Shown piece by piece: positions 1 through 11,584 of a DNA stretch of 64,000 nucleotides. Source of the stretch: Schmidtea nova (Eukaryota); assembly GCA_044892505.1 (NCBI GenBank), contig CM097882.1, positions 111,538,001 through 111,602,000 of the forward strand. The letters are read 5' to 3'. How positions within the stretch are numbered: position 1 is the stretch's first letter; each line of letters begins with the position of its first letter. The notes under the pieces are model-generated. The model had not been told where the DNA came from and did no database searches. It saw only the letters and a list, made by a program, of their open reading frames with translations. The translations under genes were made by a program, and so were the position numbers.

Positions 1-85
1 AATTTTAAAAGTAATTATAAAACCTTTATTTTTTCAACAAAAGACCTTTATTTCAAAATATTTTTTTCAGCTAAAAAATCAGAAT

Positions 86-1642
86 TCATATTTGAAGCGA
101 CAGTTTCACATCAATTGTGGCCTCCTCCTCGAAGCTTTTAAGAATAAAAACATGGAAATGATTTTCATGGTGATATGAATAACTAATAAGTTTGTTTTGA
201 TCATTTGACTGGCGTAATATCTCTTGAGCTTTTGCGTCCTCTGAAACAACTAGTAGGTGACCTTGTTGTCCAATAAAAACTGGTGGAAAAATATCACTCT
301 CATTAAATTTTGTCAAAAATATTCGCTCTTTCATTAACGTTACTCCAATAAGATTTTCGCTAACTTTTACTTCCAATCTCGGCAGCGGGCATGAACTTGA
401 TTCTTCAATTTTCTTAAAAACGAACGTCAAATTATTTTCCGATGCCTTTTTTGTGGAGTTTATTAGGTTTATTAAAGGGCTGGCATTTCGCAATTTCAGA
501 ATCTCCATTGCTAAGTAACTTTTAATGAAGTTTTCCAAAGCTCGATTAGAACAAAATTCAACATTATTTTTATACGACAGTTCGATCCTATCAGAATTCT
601 TTAAAATTGGACTGATCTTTGTTAAAAGAATTTTCAAAAGCTGTGTTTGTTTTAAATTTGAAATTTCAATTGAGTGCCCGTTGACGGATCCCGAAATAGA
701 TTCGCCTTTCGATATAGATATGAGATTCTCTGCTATTTCCATAGCAACACGAAATTGAGCTTCTACAGTGCTGGCTCCTAAATGAGGTGTGACAATCAAT
801 TTTGGATGTTTGATTAACTCATTGCAAGTCGGGGGCTCATCAATGAATACATCCAATGCTGCTCCACTGCAAAGATTCATTTCGAGAGATTTCAATAAAT
901 CGCCTTCATTGATGATTCCACCTCTGGCACAGTTAATAAATTTAACATTTGGCTTACATTTTTCAATGGTTTTCAAATTTATCAGGTTTTCTGTTTGTGG
1001 AATCAACGGAACGTGGACAGTTATATAATCAGCGACAGGCCAAATGTCATTCAACTCCATCCAATTTACATTGAATGATTTTGCTTCTTCTTTTCCAATG
1101 ATCGGATCAAAACCAATAGTTGTCATTCCGAAAGCTTGAGCTCTCAGTGCAACTTCCTTTCCGATTTTACCCAATCCGATTATTGCCAAAGTTTTGCTCA
1201 TTAACTCAGTCCCCATAAATAGTTTTCTATCCCATTTCCCTTGCTTCATACTTGAGTGAGCTTGTGGAATCTGTCGACTGAGACTACACATCAACGCTAC
1301 AGTGTGCTCAGCGGCAGAAATAGTATTCGCCGCCGGTGTATTAATTACCAACAAACCTTTCTCCGTTGCTACTTCCATGTCAATGTTATCAACTCCTGTT
1401 CCCGCTCTTGCTATTACTTTTAATCGGTTTCCATCTTTGTCGGCAACAGCTCGAATTATTTCCGCATCTATTGTTGTAGCCGATCTGATTATAATGGCAT
1501 CGAAGTTGACCAACTGCTTGATCAGTTCAGATTTGGAAAATTTCTGTTCCACAACCTCAAACCCGAAATCTCTGAGAGCTTGGACTCCATTTTTGTCCAA
1601 TCCATCTGTGGATAAAATCCTTGACAATTTGAATTCGTTCAT
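86..1642 (-). CDS. PHGDH: D-3-phosphoglycerate dehydrogenase, intronless, 518 aa; C-terminal regulatory region divergent
   Basis: Motifs IIIRSAT, ARAGTGVDNID, NTPAANTISAAEHT, NAD-binding GLGKIG, NCARGG, AALDVF and TPHLGAST; ends in TGA. Confidence 0.97.
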   Translation of the reverse strand: MNEFKLSRILSTDGLDKNGVQALRDFGFEVVEQKFSKSELIKQLVNFDAIIIRSATTIDAEIIRAVADKDGNRLKVIARAGTGVDNIDMEVATEKGLLVINTPAANTISAAEHTVALMCSLSRQIPQAHSSMKQGKWDRKLFMGTELMSKTLAIIGLGKIGKEVALRAQAFGMTTIGFDPIIGKEEAKSFNVNWMELNDIWPVADYITVHVPLIPQTENLINLKTIEKCKPNVKFINCARGGIINEGDLLKSLEMNLCSGAALDVFIDEPPTCNELIKHPKLIVTPHLGASTVEAQFRVAMEIAENLISISKGESISGSVNGHSIEISNLKQTQLLKILLTKISPILKNSDRIELSYKNNVEFCSNRALENFIKSYLAMEILKLRNASPLINLINSTKKASENNLTFVFKKIEESSSCPLPRLEVKVSENLIGVTLMKERIFLTKFNESDIFPPVFIGQQGHLLVVSEDAKAQEILRQSNDQNKLISYSYHHENHFHVFILKSFEEEATIDVKLSLQI

Positions 1643-2731
1643 TTTAAAATATAATTAAATTAATTTTTAAAATAATTTAAATAATACTTTTTTCAACCAA
1701 TGAAAATTGTTTAATTTTAATCAAAACACATAAAAAAATTTTGTATTGCACTTTGATAAATGCACACTTAGATTATTATTTTTATAATTATTATTGTTAT
1801 AATTATTATTGTTAACGGTATATTTGGAGTTTTGGGTTTTATTTGTCTTGAATATCTCATTAACAAATTTAAGGTAGACCTTGACGGTGAAATGTGAAAA
1901 ACATGAATACACAAATCACCTGTCAATGAGGCTTCATTTGTTTCATTTCAAAGTGCACTGAAGTCCAAATCGTGAATCCAAAGTTTCAATAAAGTCTAAA
2001 ATAATAATTGGCATGATGGAAATTACTATTCGCCGCCGATTATGTAACGCGCATGCAAATCTGATCTGATATGATTATCATATAAAGATCATGTAATGTT
2101 AACGCTTTATCTAATCGGGACCGAATTTCACATTGAATCTATGAAGAAATCCAAGAATTATATTATTTTTGTCTTTTTCTACTTCGGCCTATTAATTGTT
2201 CCAGTCGTTCCTGTATACTTTTAATGAAACGCGTATGTAACATTAAAACATAATTTGTTACGAATGTTACTGGCATACAATATTGGCCATGGCCATTTTA
2301 TGCGTATATACCAACTGTGATTTGTTTAACAAAAAATAAAATTATGACATACTAATAAAAGTCATGCATAAGATTAAGTTAATTAAGAACGCAAAAATCA
2401 CAATTTTTGTTCATATGAAGAAATTAATTACGTCACGCAAAATTTACATTTGTTTTTCCATATAGACCCCTTCGACTGTCATACGCACCGGTAGGCAAAA
2501 TCTCTCAAACTAACAACTCTTCATCTTCTCTCTTTCTTTTAATTAATTAATTATTTAATTAATTATTAATTATTTAAACAAATAAAAAATTTTTTTAATG
2601 CATAAACAAAGTAAAAGTACAGAAAGACACTGTAAAATTGCTAGACGATGAATGAGAAAAGAGATTATTATTCATGGAAGACTATTTGCTAATAGTAGGG
2701 GATAGTGAGGACTCGTCACCACTTTTTTCAA

Positions 2732-3460
2732 CTAGCAACGGTTGCTAGGGTAAATACACACATCAAGATATTCCTCGAGTCATGTATTGCTAAGGTAAGC
2801 ACACACATTACTATATAATTACCGGGGAAGAAGTTGCTAAGGTAAAAACACACATCAAGATATTCCTCAATGCAGGTGTTGCCAGGGTGAACGTGCACAC
2901 ACATCAGTATATATTCCCCGAGGATCCTGTTGCCAGGGTAAACACACACATCAATATATTCCTCGAGGCAGGTATTGCTAAGGTAAGCACACACATTAAT
3001 ATATAATTACCGGGAAGATATTGCTAGGGTAAATACGCACATTAAAGTGTAGTGCATTGGAATTTGTTGTTAAGATAAACACGCGCGTATAAGGAGTCCC
3101 CAAGGAACCTGTAGTTAAGGTAAACACACACACATCATTATATATTCACTGAGGAACCTGTTTCCAGGGTAAACACACACATCAATATATATTCATATAG
3201 TCAGATGTTGCTAAAGTTAACACATACATATCAATATATAGTCCTGGGGAAGATATAGTTAAGGTAAACACACAGATCAATATATAGTCCCGAGGAACCT
3301 GTTGCTGGGTAAATACACACATTAAAGTATGGTCCCCCTGTAACTATTGCTAAGGTAACCACACATGTTAATATTTAAGTCCTGAAGTAACTATTGCTAA
3401 GATAAACACACCATTGTGTAACCCCATGACTACTGTTGGTAACGTCAAAATACACAACAT
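2732..3460. repeat. Degenerate tandem array of about 15-16 units of 42-51 bp, headed by a palindrome
   Basis: Units start TTGCTA(A/G)GGTAAA(C/T)ACACACAT at 2742, 2787, 2834, 2879, 2930, 2975, 3021, 3067, 3112, 3161, 3208, 3256, 3302, 3347, 3394; palindrome CTAGCAAC-G-GTTGCTAG at 2732-2748. Confidence 0.92.
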
Positions 3461-3936
3461 ATTAATTATTATCCGTACCACAAACGAAAAAATGTTCTTT
3501 ACTTAATTAAATGAAATTTTTGTTTGAATGTAGTGGCTATCATTTTGAGTAATTGTTTTTTTTTTTTAACTGATAACTTTAGAAAATCGAATGTGGGAAC
3601 TATGAAAACAGATGGAATTAATTCGAGAATTGTGACAATAGTCAAAATTTTACAGACGATTCAACAGAGTGCAACTGCAAGAACAGATGAAATTTATTAA
3701 TATTTGTAAACAGAAACAATTATTTTTACAATAAATAAAAACGAATTACACAAATCCTTAAAATATTACACTAATCAGGTGAAAACCCGAACGATAAAAC
3801 CGATTCAAATCTGGACAACACATAAAACTTTTAAAAAACAATTAAACATAACAGTCTAAAGAAATATAAAACTAAATATAATGAAACCAATTATTTTTTA
3901 ACAAAGTTTTATTCAATACAAATCTGAATTGGATAT

Positions 3937-6900
3937 TTAATTTGAATTGAGAGCTGGATCTGAAACTGGAACACTAACCTGATCTTTTGATTGGTCTATA
4001 AACGAACCACATCCTTTATCATGTCCGTATGCAAGACTTTTATTTTTATCAACCCAAAGTCTTTTATCATCAAGATTAGTCAAGGCAATTTTCGAATATT
4101 TATTAGTAAAGAGTTGATGATTCTTACTAACAATTCTCGACTGATCAACAGAAACTATTGAATTATTATTATAACAATCCAGATACGACTGATGATTCAG
4201 TTTAGTATCCTTCAATGTTACACCCTTAGCCCTAATGCACTCTTCATCACCTAAAAGACTGTAACACGTTGGCCTAAGGAATACCCACTCATCATACTTG
4301 AATCCTTTATTCTCGTCTTTGAATTTACCAATGACGGAATCTAGGTTCCTACTGTATTATGGGTGATTCGGATCATAATTAGAAGTGTCAAGTAAGTTAT
4401 CTATTATCATGGCAGGTAAAAGAATATCAAGCTTACAATTTCTAATCTCAAGAAAAAATGAATCGGTGTCACCAGCAACGATGTTAATTTCGCAGTTGAA
4501 TTCGTTACGATATTTTTGTAACTCTTCATACTGCAGCTGGTACATCCTAAGTTTAGATAAATCCAGTACAGTTTGACCAATGTAGCTGGGTCTATCTTAA
4601 CACACAGAGTCCTTATTAAGCAAGACAGAAACTAGGTCATCGTCAATCCTATAAGTTTTTCTAAAGGTAGGTTTTGAAGTATATGTAATCAGTTTTGATT
4701 CTGAATTACATAGTCGTAAATTGAGTTGTTTTTTAAGATTTTCCACGGTTTTCCCATAAAGACTGTTATTCAAGAGTTTGTAATAGTTTTTATCTAAAGC
4801 CGTAGAAGAAGCTGCTTTAAGTTCAGTGTTCGTATCTATATATTTTTTAAAGATGGGTTTCTGTTTGTACTGAACAGCCCGATGAACTCGTGTTAGTTTA
4901 ACACCCAAAGAAACAAAAAGATTGAGCAGTCTCCAATGAACAACATAGTTGAACTTTGGATAATGCGTAAGCATTAACTTCTCAACTTTTGAACCCGGAG
5001 CACACATTTTCTCTGCTGCAACCGGGAAATCATTTAATTTATCGTGAATTTCTGAAGGGATTTCAAGATCCACTTCAAAAGTCACGCCATAAGTCAAAAT
5101 AGCCAAATCAGCATCCATTAATTTAATTAATTAATTAAATTTATTTTGATCGGTGATCCAACTAAATTCACCGTAAGGTAAGTTTTGACTTAGAGCCCAC
5201 CCGTATAAATTATTTATGTCAATATATAAAAGTTCAGTCGTTTCGGAGGATACTACATGATGCTTGTTGACAAATGTCAAACCACCACGGATCCCCCCTT
5301 CGAAGAAATTATAAATCTCCATATCCTGGAGCAATTCAATAGGTTCATCCAAGGTAATAAGCGCAGAAGCCCACGACATACCTGGAATCCCCAAGAAATT
5401 CAAAGGCTCAAGTCTATTGTGAGCTATAGATTTAGCCCTAAACTGTTGAAAGAAATCAGCAAGAAGAAAAACATCCAGTTTAAGGTAGACCATCATATAG
5501 TCACAAAGAGTTTGACACTGAGATTCCATCCAAATCACCAATGCCTTGTCATATTCGTCTTGTTTAACACCTTTCCAGATCGGTGGCAACTCATAAGTGT
5601 TGTTAAGTATTTCTAAAGATGTTGCAAAATCATAAGGAAAAATACCCTTACAATCAACAATAGTCCCGGTGAATTCAGATCTAGTCAAAGGCAAACAAGT
5701 AAGAGTCTTAACAGCGTCATTTAAACTAGAATTTACAAACTGACAAGAATCGATGAATTTAATGGTTAAATCACCAACTCTTGCAGACAATGTCAAGAAT
5801 TTTTCACTAGTTGTTGGAATGCAAGAAATTTTCCAAGTTTTAAAATTAGCCAAACCATATTTAAGAATATTGTGCAAGTTATAACCCTTTAAATTATGAA
5901 AAATAACGGGTAAAAACTTGTATAAACGACGGGATTGATTACAAGAATTACAAGCAGCTCCCAAAAATTCACCAGTGTAGTGATCATGGTCTCTGACTGG
6001 TTGTACTAAAGTTTTCTTACAAAGATAACAAATAGTAGCAGAATCAAAAGATTGTTGATTAGCCGCTGTCATAAAAAGAGGTTTCTTGAAATTAGTTCTA
6101 TAAAAGGGATAAACAATAGTTTCAGAAATATCACTAATTTCAGTAAGAAAATTAGTAACGCAATCAAGACCTAAGAAACTCTTGTAAATCTTTTCTTCAG
6201 TGAAATTATTTACAAGTAAAAGACCGGCAGATATTGGGACATGTCTTTGAAAATATTTTTCATCAGTAGGTAAGATTGCCTCAAAATCGGCGTAAACAAC
6301 AAAAGGTGGGGTAATTGTTTTACCCCAATTACTAAATTGTAAATTTTTATTTCTAGGTAGAGTATAAAGATTTGTACCCAATTGATTTTTAGCACACAAC
6401 TGTTGATGACAATCGAATGCTTCCTGTTTTCTAAATCCATTCAAGCATCGATGACACCAAATACTTTGTACTCGAGTATCTGAAAAATGGTGATTGCGAT
6501 AATTCAAAAGCCTATCAAGATCGGTGACTGCAATATAATGATATGCATCACCACTTTCCAACAAAATCAAGTTAATAGGAGTACCACCAACAACTTTCGA
6601 CCTATGAATTATATCAACACAAGGGTGTTTAAAAACTTCAGGGTTTTCTAAGTTATCAAGCAAAGCATCTTCATTATAAGAAAGAACATTAATAGCAAGT
6701 CCAGGGTTTTTAGCTTCAAATTTTGGAATATTACAAAGTCGCATGGGCATTTCAGAAGGGTCAAAGTCAAGATCAGAAAGATTATAATTAATGGCCCTAT
6801 ATCTATGAAAACGATCAGCTACATCATATTTCAAAATAGCTAAAATGCTATAAATGAAACATAAATCATCGGAATTTCTTATGTTCACAGTACAATTTTT

Positions 6901-7557
6901 TAATTGTAAAGATTGAGGGGTTTCAATATGACCTCTGCCACTCAATCGAGATATTTGGGCAAATTTGGTTACAACGAAATGGATTTCATTAACTTTGTTA
7001 ATAACCCAATTACTCCCTTTTTCGTTAATTAATGCTATTTTTTCATTTAAAAGAGTGATACCCTCATCAAAAAAGGTATCACTCATAGGTCTCGCAGAAT
7101 TTGAAATGATGAAGGATTGAAATTCTCCATCTTTTTCAAACTCTTCATCAATACAAAATTGTATTTTCACTGAACCCATCTCATTAAAAACATTATTTAA
7201 TTTATTAATTAAAATATCAGGTAAAATTAAAGTTTTCAAAACCAAGTGAGAAACATCCATTTTTACAACGGCGTGAGATTTTCTCAAATCAAATTTAACG
7301 TTAGGAAGAAGGGACTCACCATATTGAACATCTATGGTGTTAATATCATTATTAGAACTTGTGTCAGAGTCGGAAAGAATTTTCATATCGGACATTACCT
7401 CGTCAACTATATTACTTAATTTTCTAACTTTTGTAGGTAGTGGATTATCGATAAGGATTTTTCTTTTATTATTAATAATACTGTTATCACTATCACTACT
7501 ATTTATTGTTAAATTAAAAAGAGATTTTTTCGAAGTTCTAAATTTAAAAAAAAGCAT
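3937..7557 (-). pseudogene. Polinton/Maverick (adintovirus-like) protein-primed family B DNA polymerase; one frame broken only by three in-frame TAA codons
   Basis: YADFEA (ExoI), RDHDHYTGEFLGAACNSCN, FHNLKGY (ExoII), KGIFPY, YLKLDVFLL (ExoIII), IRGG, YIDINNLYG, KLLNNSLYGK, GDTDS, GKFKDE, AKGV, DDKR; stops at 5131, 4597 and 4357 all read through in the same frame. Confidence 0.93.
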
Positions 7558-8974
7558 TAAAAATAAATTGAAAAAGTATGGTCCAAAAATTAAACAAATA
7601 TTTTAGTAAGACTAGAACCGATATTTTGCGTCTTGCTAGTCTACGTTGCCTTCACCATAGGGTTCTTTTTTGTGGAACATCCCACTATTAGGCATGCTTT
7701 ATTTCTTAACTCAAATTGTTTTCTTTTTTCGGTTTACTCTAAGTTCTTTAAAAAATAATAGATTACTCGAAAATGCATTCAAATACAGATTATTACAACA
7801 GTGCCAGTTCTTGGTTCCTCAAAGCTTTCTTACCTATCTTAATTATTAAAATTGTTATCAATTATTTTAATGAGATTTAGGAGCAAAAGACGAAGATGAC
7901 TTATTTTTTTGGGCAAAACCTGGGATAAATAGAATTTTGTTTAACTGTAGAAATAAAAAAACTGAGAGGAAATCGCAAGTGACCTTTAAAAAACTCAAGG
8001 TAACACAAAGTAAAACAAATAAATTCAAAAAAATATTTAAAAAAAATAAAACAAAATTTAACCACGTAAAAACATAAAAAATAACAAACGAATAAATTAA
8101 TTTAAGACAAAAATAACAATTAAAAATTTTTATGTTAAATTATAAATTAATTCGCATGAAAAGAAAACAATTAAAATAGCAATGTTTATTTCGAATAAAT
8201 ATTTCGATCAAAAAAACAACGTCATCACTCAAATATGAAATTCGTGAGAAAGAAAATACTCAGAAAGAAGTAGTTAGTCTAATTGAAATAATTTCGTATT
8301 GGAGTGGTTAGGATCTTTTTAATGTTGGGCAAAAACTGAGCTAAACTAATTTTGTTTAAGGTGGCGATAAGATACCAAATAGAGGCCGCGCAAGAAGTTT
8401 ATTTAAATTAATTGAGTAAGACATCAATTAAACAAAAGTACTAAAAAATACATAGAAAAATATTAATTACAATAAAAATCAAGAAATGAACACAAAGAAA
8501 CATAAAAACAAAGATTAACAAACCATTGAGAAAATTCGCAAATTAGAAAAATTCAAAAAATATTTTAATTGTTGGGCTGGCGAAATCGAAAAATAAATTT
8601 TGTTTAAATTCATCAAAAATTAAATGCATACAAAAAGAAACGGATTCAAAACGCACAATAAAACGTTAGGTAGTAAAATAAAGCAAAAGAAAATAAATCA
8701 GTAAAGTACAATAGTAGAAACTGTGAAATGTAATTTTGTATTGTGTTGTTATTGTGAATGTAGTATGTAGTTAAATATGTGTTGTAAAAGAAGATTGTAG
8801 AGCCCAACAGAGTCTCAGGTAAAAAAACGTGTCGGGACTGTTGGGGTGAGTGCTTTGTACTGTTGTGTGAATGCATGCGTGTGTATGTCATTATGTAGTA
8901 ACAACAAATGAACCAAGAACAGAAAATTATTTAACAACTTTTATTATTTATTAACAATAATGAAGAGAACCTGT

Positions 8975-9175
8975 ACTCACGTGATCTTCTATATAGAAAT
9001 TTAATTTGCCCAATGGTTTCTTTATTAATTTTCTTCATTTTGGTTATCGCAGTTTCTTTATTAAATTTTTCTGTATTCACGTATTCTTCTCTATCGAAAT
9101 TTTATTTTGCCCAATAGCTTCTTTATTAATTTTCTTCACTTGGGTTATTGCAGTTTCTTTTTCGAATTTTTCTTT
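8975..9175. repeat. Diverged tandem duplication, period about 100 bp
   Basis: GAAATTTA(A/T)TTTGCCCAAT...TTCTTTATTAATTTTCTTCA...GGTTAT(C/T)GCAGTTTCTTT occurs twice. Confidence 0.7.
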
Positions 9176-9868
9176 GTTCCTGTGAGGATATTTAGACATG
9201 ATTATTAAAGAGTATCGTGACTGAACAAATAATCATCGATGACAACAAAATTTTATTGGAAAGAAAATATATTGGTGCTGCGTTTTTCTTCTGTTGTTCG
9301 AACTCCAACTTGAATTGCATTGCTTTTCGAATTATGTGCCAGTGCGTTTTTTGTTGATTCTAAATTGTGGCAGTACCTTACGTGATTCAAACAACTCTGG
9401 TTTTTCTATATATATATATCAATATTTTTATACTAGGTAATTGTAAGGCGCCCGTTGACAAATAATAAAATAAATGAACAATTTGATGTACGAAATTTTT
9501 ATTAAAAATTTAATTTCTTTTATTCTTAAGCAATTGAAAATTATTTCTGTTATATATATGGAATGGCAAACAAAATGGTTTTTATTGAAGAACGTCTTGA
9601 AAAACTACATTCCGTGTGAATTGTCTTTGATCATTCAAAAACTTTCCTTGCTGTGGATTCGATTCAATAAGCACCTTCACTTGACTTGCAACTCTTGATT
9701 AATTTTTCATTTTTATTTTGCAAAATAAACTTAGAAAGCGCTGTTTAAAACTTGTTAATCGTGTAAAAGGTCTATGTTAGGATTAGTAATTCAAAAAAAA
9801 TTATGATAGTGTTAGAATCAAGCAATCCGCGAAAATTATAGAATCAGTGAATCAGCGAATCAGTGAAT

Positions 9869-10001
9869 NNNNNNNNNNNNNNNNNNNNNNNNNNNNNNNN
9901 NNNNNNNNNNNNNNNNNNNNNNNNNNNNNNNNNNNNNNNNNNNNNNNNNNNNNNNNNNNNNNNNNNNNNNNNNNNNNNNNNNNNNNNNNNNNNNNNNNNN
10001 N
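9869..10001. other. Assembly gap (N run) preceded by GAATCAG(T/C) 8-mer repeats
   Basis: Run of N in the sequence. Confidence 1.
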
Positions 10002-10417
10002 CCTTTGATCTTTTTTTATTATTATTATCAATAATTCTCATAATGACTATAGATCAAAATTTTTTTTTATAAACAATAACACAATATTTCGGCACAGCCT
10101 TTATCAAGTGTGTATTTCTATCGTTATATTTACTTAATCCTAAATAGTAGCCTTAATTATTTTTTTAATATTTTATAATGATTTTATTGGATGAAAAAAT
10201 TTATTTTATTTTAATTTTTTTGTGCGAATTGAATGTTGATGGACGGTTTGTATTTTTTTATGAAAAAAGTCTCGGAAGCTAATCTTTGTAATGAATTTTT
10301 GAATCCCTCTTGTAGGATCTGGCATTTTGTTTCTTCTATAGATGGAGTTGTTTTATGTACTTTTTCCCAGTGTTCGTAATAATTACTGGTTTTGATTTTA
10401 TTTTTATCTATAGTCAT
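10002..10417 (-). mobile_element. 3' end of a Penelope-like retroelement (GIY-YIG endonuclease C-terminus plus 3' tail)
   Basis: QILQEGFKNSLQRLASETFFIKKYKPSINIQ resembles the Penelope GIY-YIG C-terminal RL..E.LFIK..KP.LN.Q motif; 10002-10114 recurs at 37870-37982. Confidence 0.72.
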
Positions 10418-10563
10418 NNNNNNNNNNNNNNNNNNNNNNNNNNNNNNNNNNNNNNNNNNNNNNNNNNNNNNNNNNNNNNNNNNNNNNNNNNNNNNNNNNN
10501 NNNNNNNNNNNNNNNNNNNNNNNNNNNNNNNNNNNNNNNNNNNNNNNNNNNNNNNNNNNNNNN
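10418..10563. other. Assembly gap (N run); hides the outer end of the Gypsy-1 3' LTR
   Basis: Run of N in the sequence. Confidence 1.
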
Positions 10564-11584
10564 ATTTATTTATTATGTATATTATTACGTTGTGTATTAT
10601 TATGTCGAGAATAAAGGTGTGTTGAGGGAGAAGTTGTAGAACCCGAGAGAGTCTTACAATATCGGTGTGCAGACATTCGGGGTGTATGCTGTGTAATTAG
10701 GTGCCTGTATGTGTTGCACGAATTTACAATAATTCAAAATAAAGAGTGAAAACAAATAAACAACTTCCAACAATCAACTATATTTTATAAACATACAGTT
10801 ACTCATGTATCCAACTTTCAAGGGAATCCTTGTAAATGAAAATTGCCTGAGATAACAATATTTGATAGAGAAAAGGTAAATTGATGTATGGCTGTTTCTG
10901 TTATTGGGATTGATAAAATAAATTATTATTTGGACCAAGTACTGTTTGAAAATTGATCAAACTGTTGTATGGCCGATTCTGCTATTGGGACTGATAAAAC
11001 AGATTGATAAAGTAAATGGATGTATGGCCTTTTTCGACGTCTATTTCCCACTTTCCAATTTCGCCATTTAAACAATTTCGCATATATTTAATTTCTGCAT
11101 TCTTCCCAAATTTTCAAATCAATATTCTTAATTTGTGTAGCTTACTATAGTTATTTACTATAGTAAACTTTATGTTCAAAATTCGAAATTTGAATTTTGA
11201 TTATAATATTTTAATTATTATAATACTGTAAAAATTAACCAAAAAGAGGGCGGGGTACCTCACCTTTACAATAGAAATCGCAATCACATATAATAATGAA
11301 ATAATAAAGACAATAATAAACAATAATAAAAATAACCTAAACAGTAAAATACGACATTAACATAACTTCCCCCTTTAAAACCGGAGGTTAACATTTAAAC
11401 GAAATTTACAGATTACCAACGTTATTAACCTATTTTTGTTGTTTTGTTTTGTTTTGTTTTGTTTTTGTTTTGTTATGTTTTACAACAATTTAACACAATA
11501 AGTTACATATTTACAAAAATGTCAAAAACTATACAATTAGCTATGTTGTGCATGTGTTTTGCTTGTGTGTATTTGTGTTTTTAT

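Noticed and set aside
525-1658. Plus-strand ORFs overlapping PHGDH; likewise 5257-5616, 7334-7606, 11444-12245, 13138-13879 and 20229-22572
   Set aside because: Antisense shadow frames of real coding sequence with no recognisable motifs.
2728-2994. 88-aa Cys/Val-rich ORF
   Set aside because: It is a translation of the tandem array.
2742-3460. CRISPR-like repeat-spacer appearance
   Set aside because: Repeats are degenerate, the variable parts are short and related to one another, there are no cas genes, and the context is eukaryotic.
4357-5133. Stop-codon reassignment (TAA as sense) suggested by three in-frame TAA codons in PolB and several in Gypsy-1 pol
   Set aside because: Expected residues differ between sites (Leu versus Lys/Glu/Tyr/Gln); TAG and TGA stops also interrupt the TEs; the reconstructed host TBP-family gene ends in TAA; and PHGDH has no internal TAA. 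Ordinary nonsense mutation in AT-rich DNA explains it.
10002-10417. Hammerhead ribozyme expected in Penelope tails
   Set aside because: No CTGA(T/C)GA..GAAA core was found in the visible sequence; it may lie in the gaps.
9844-10639. ORFs containing X runs
   Set aside because: Artefacts of translating across N gaps.
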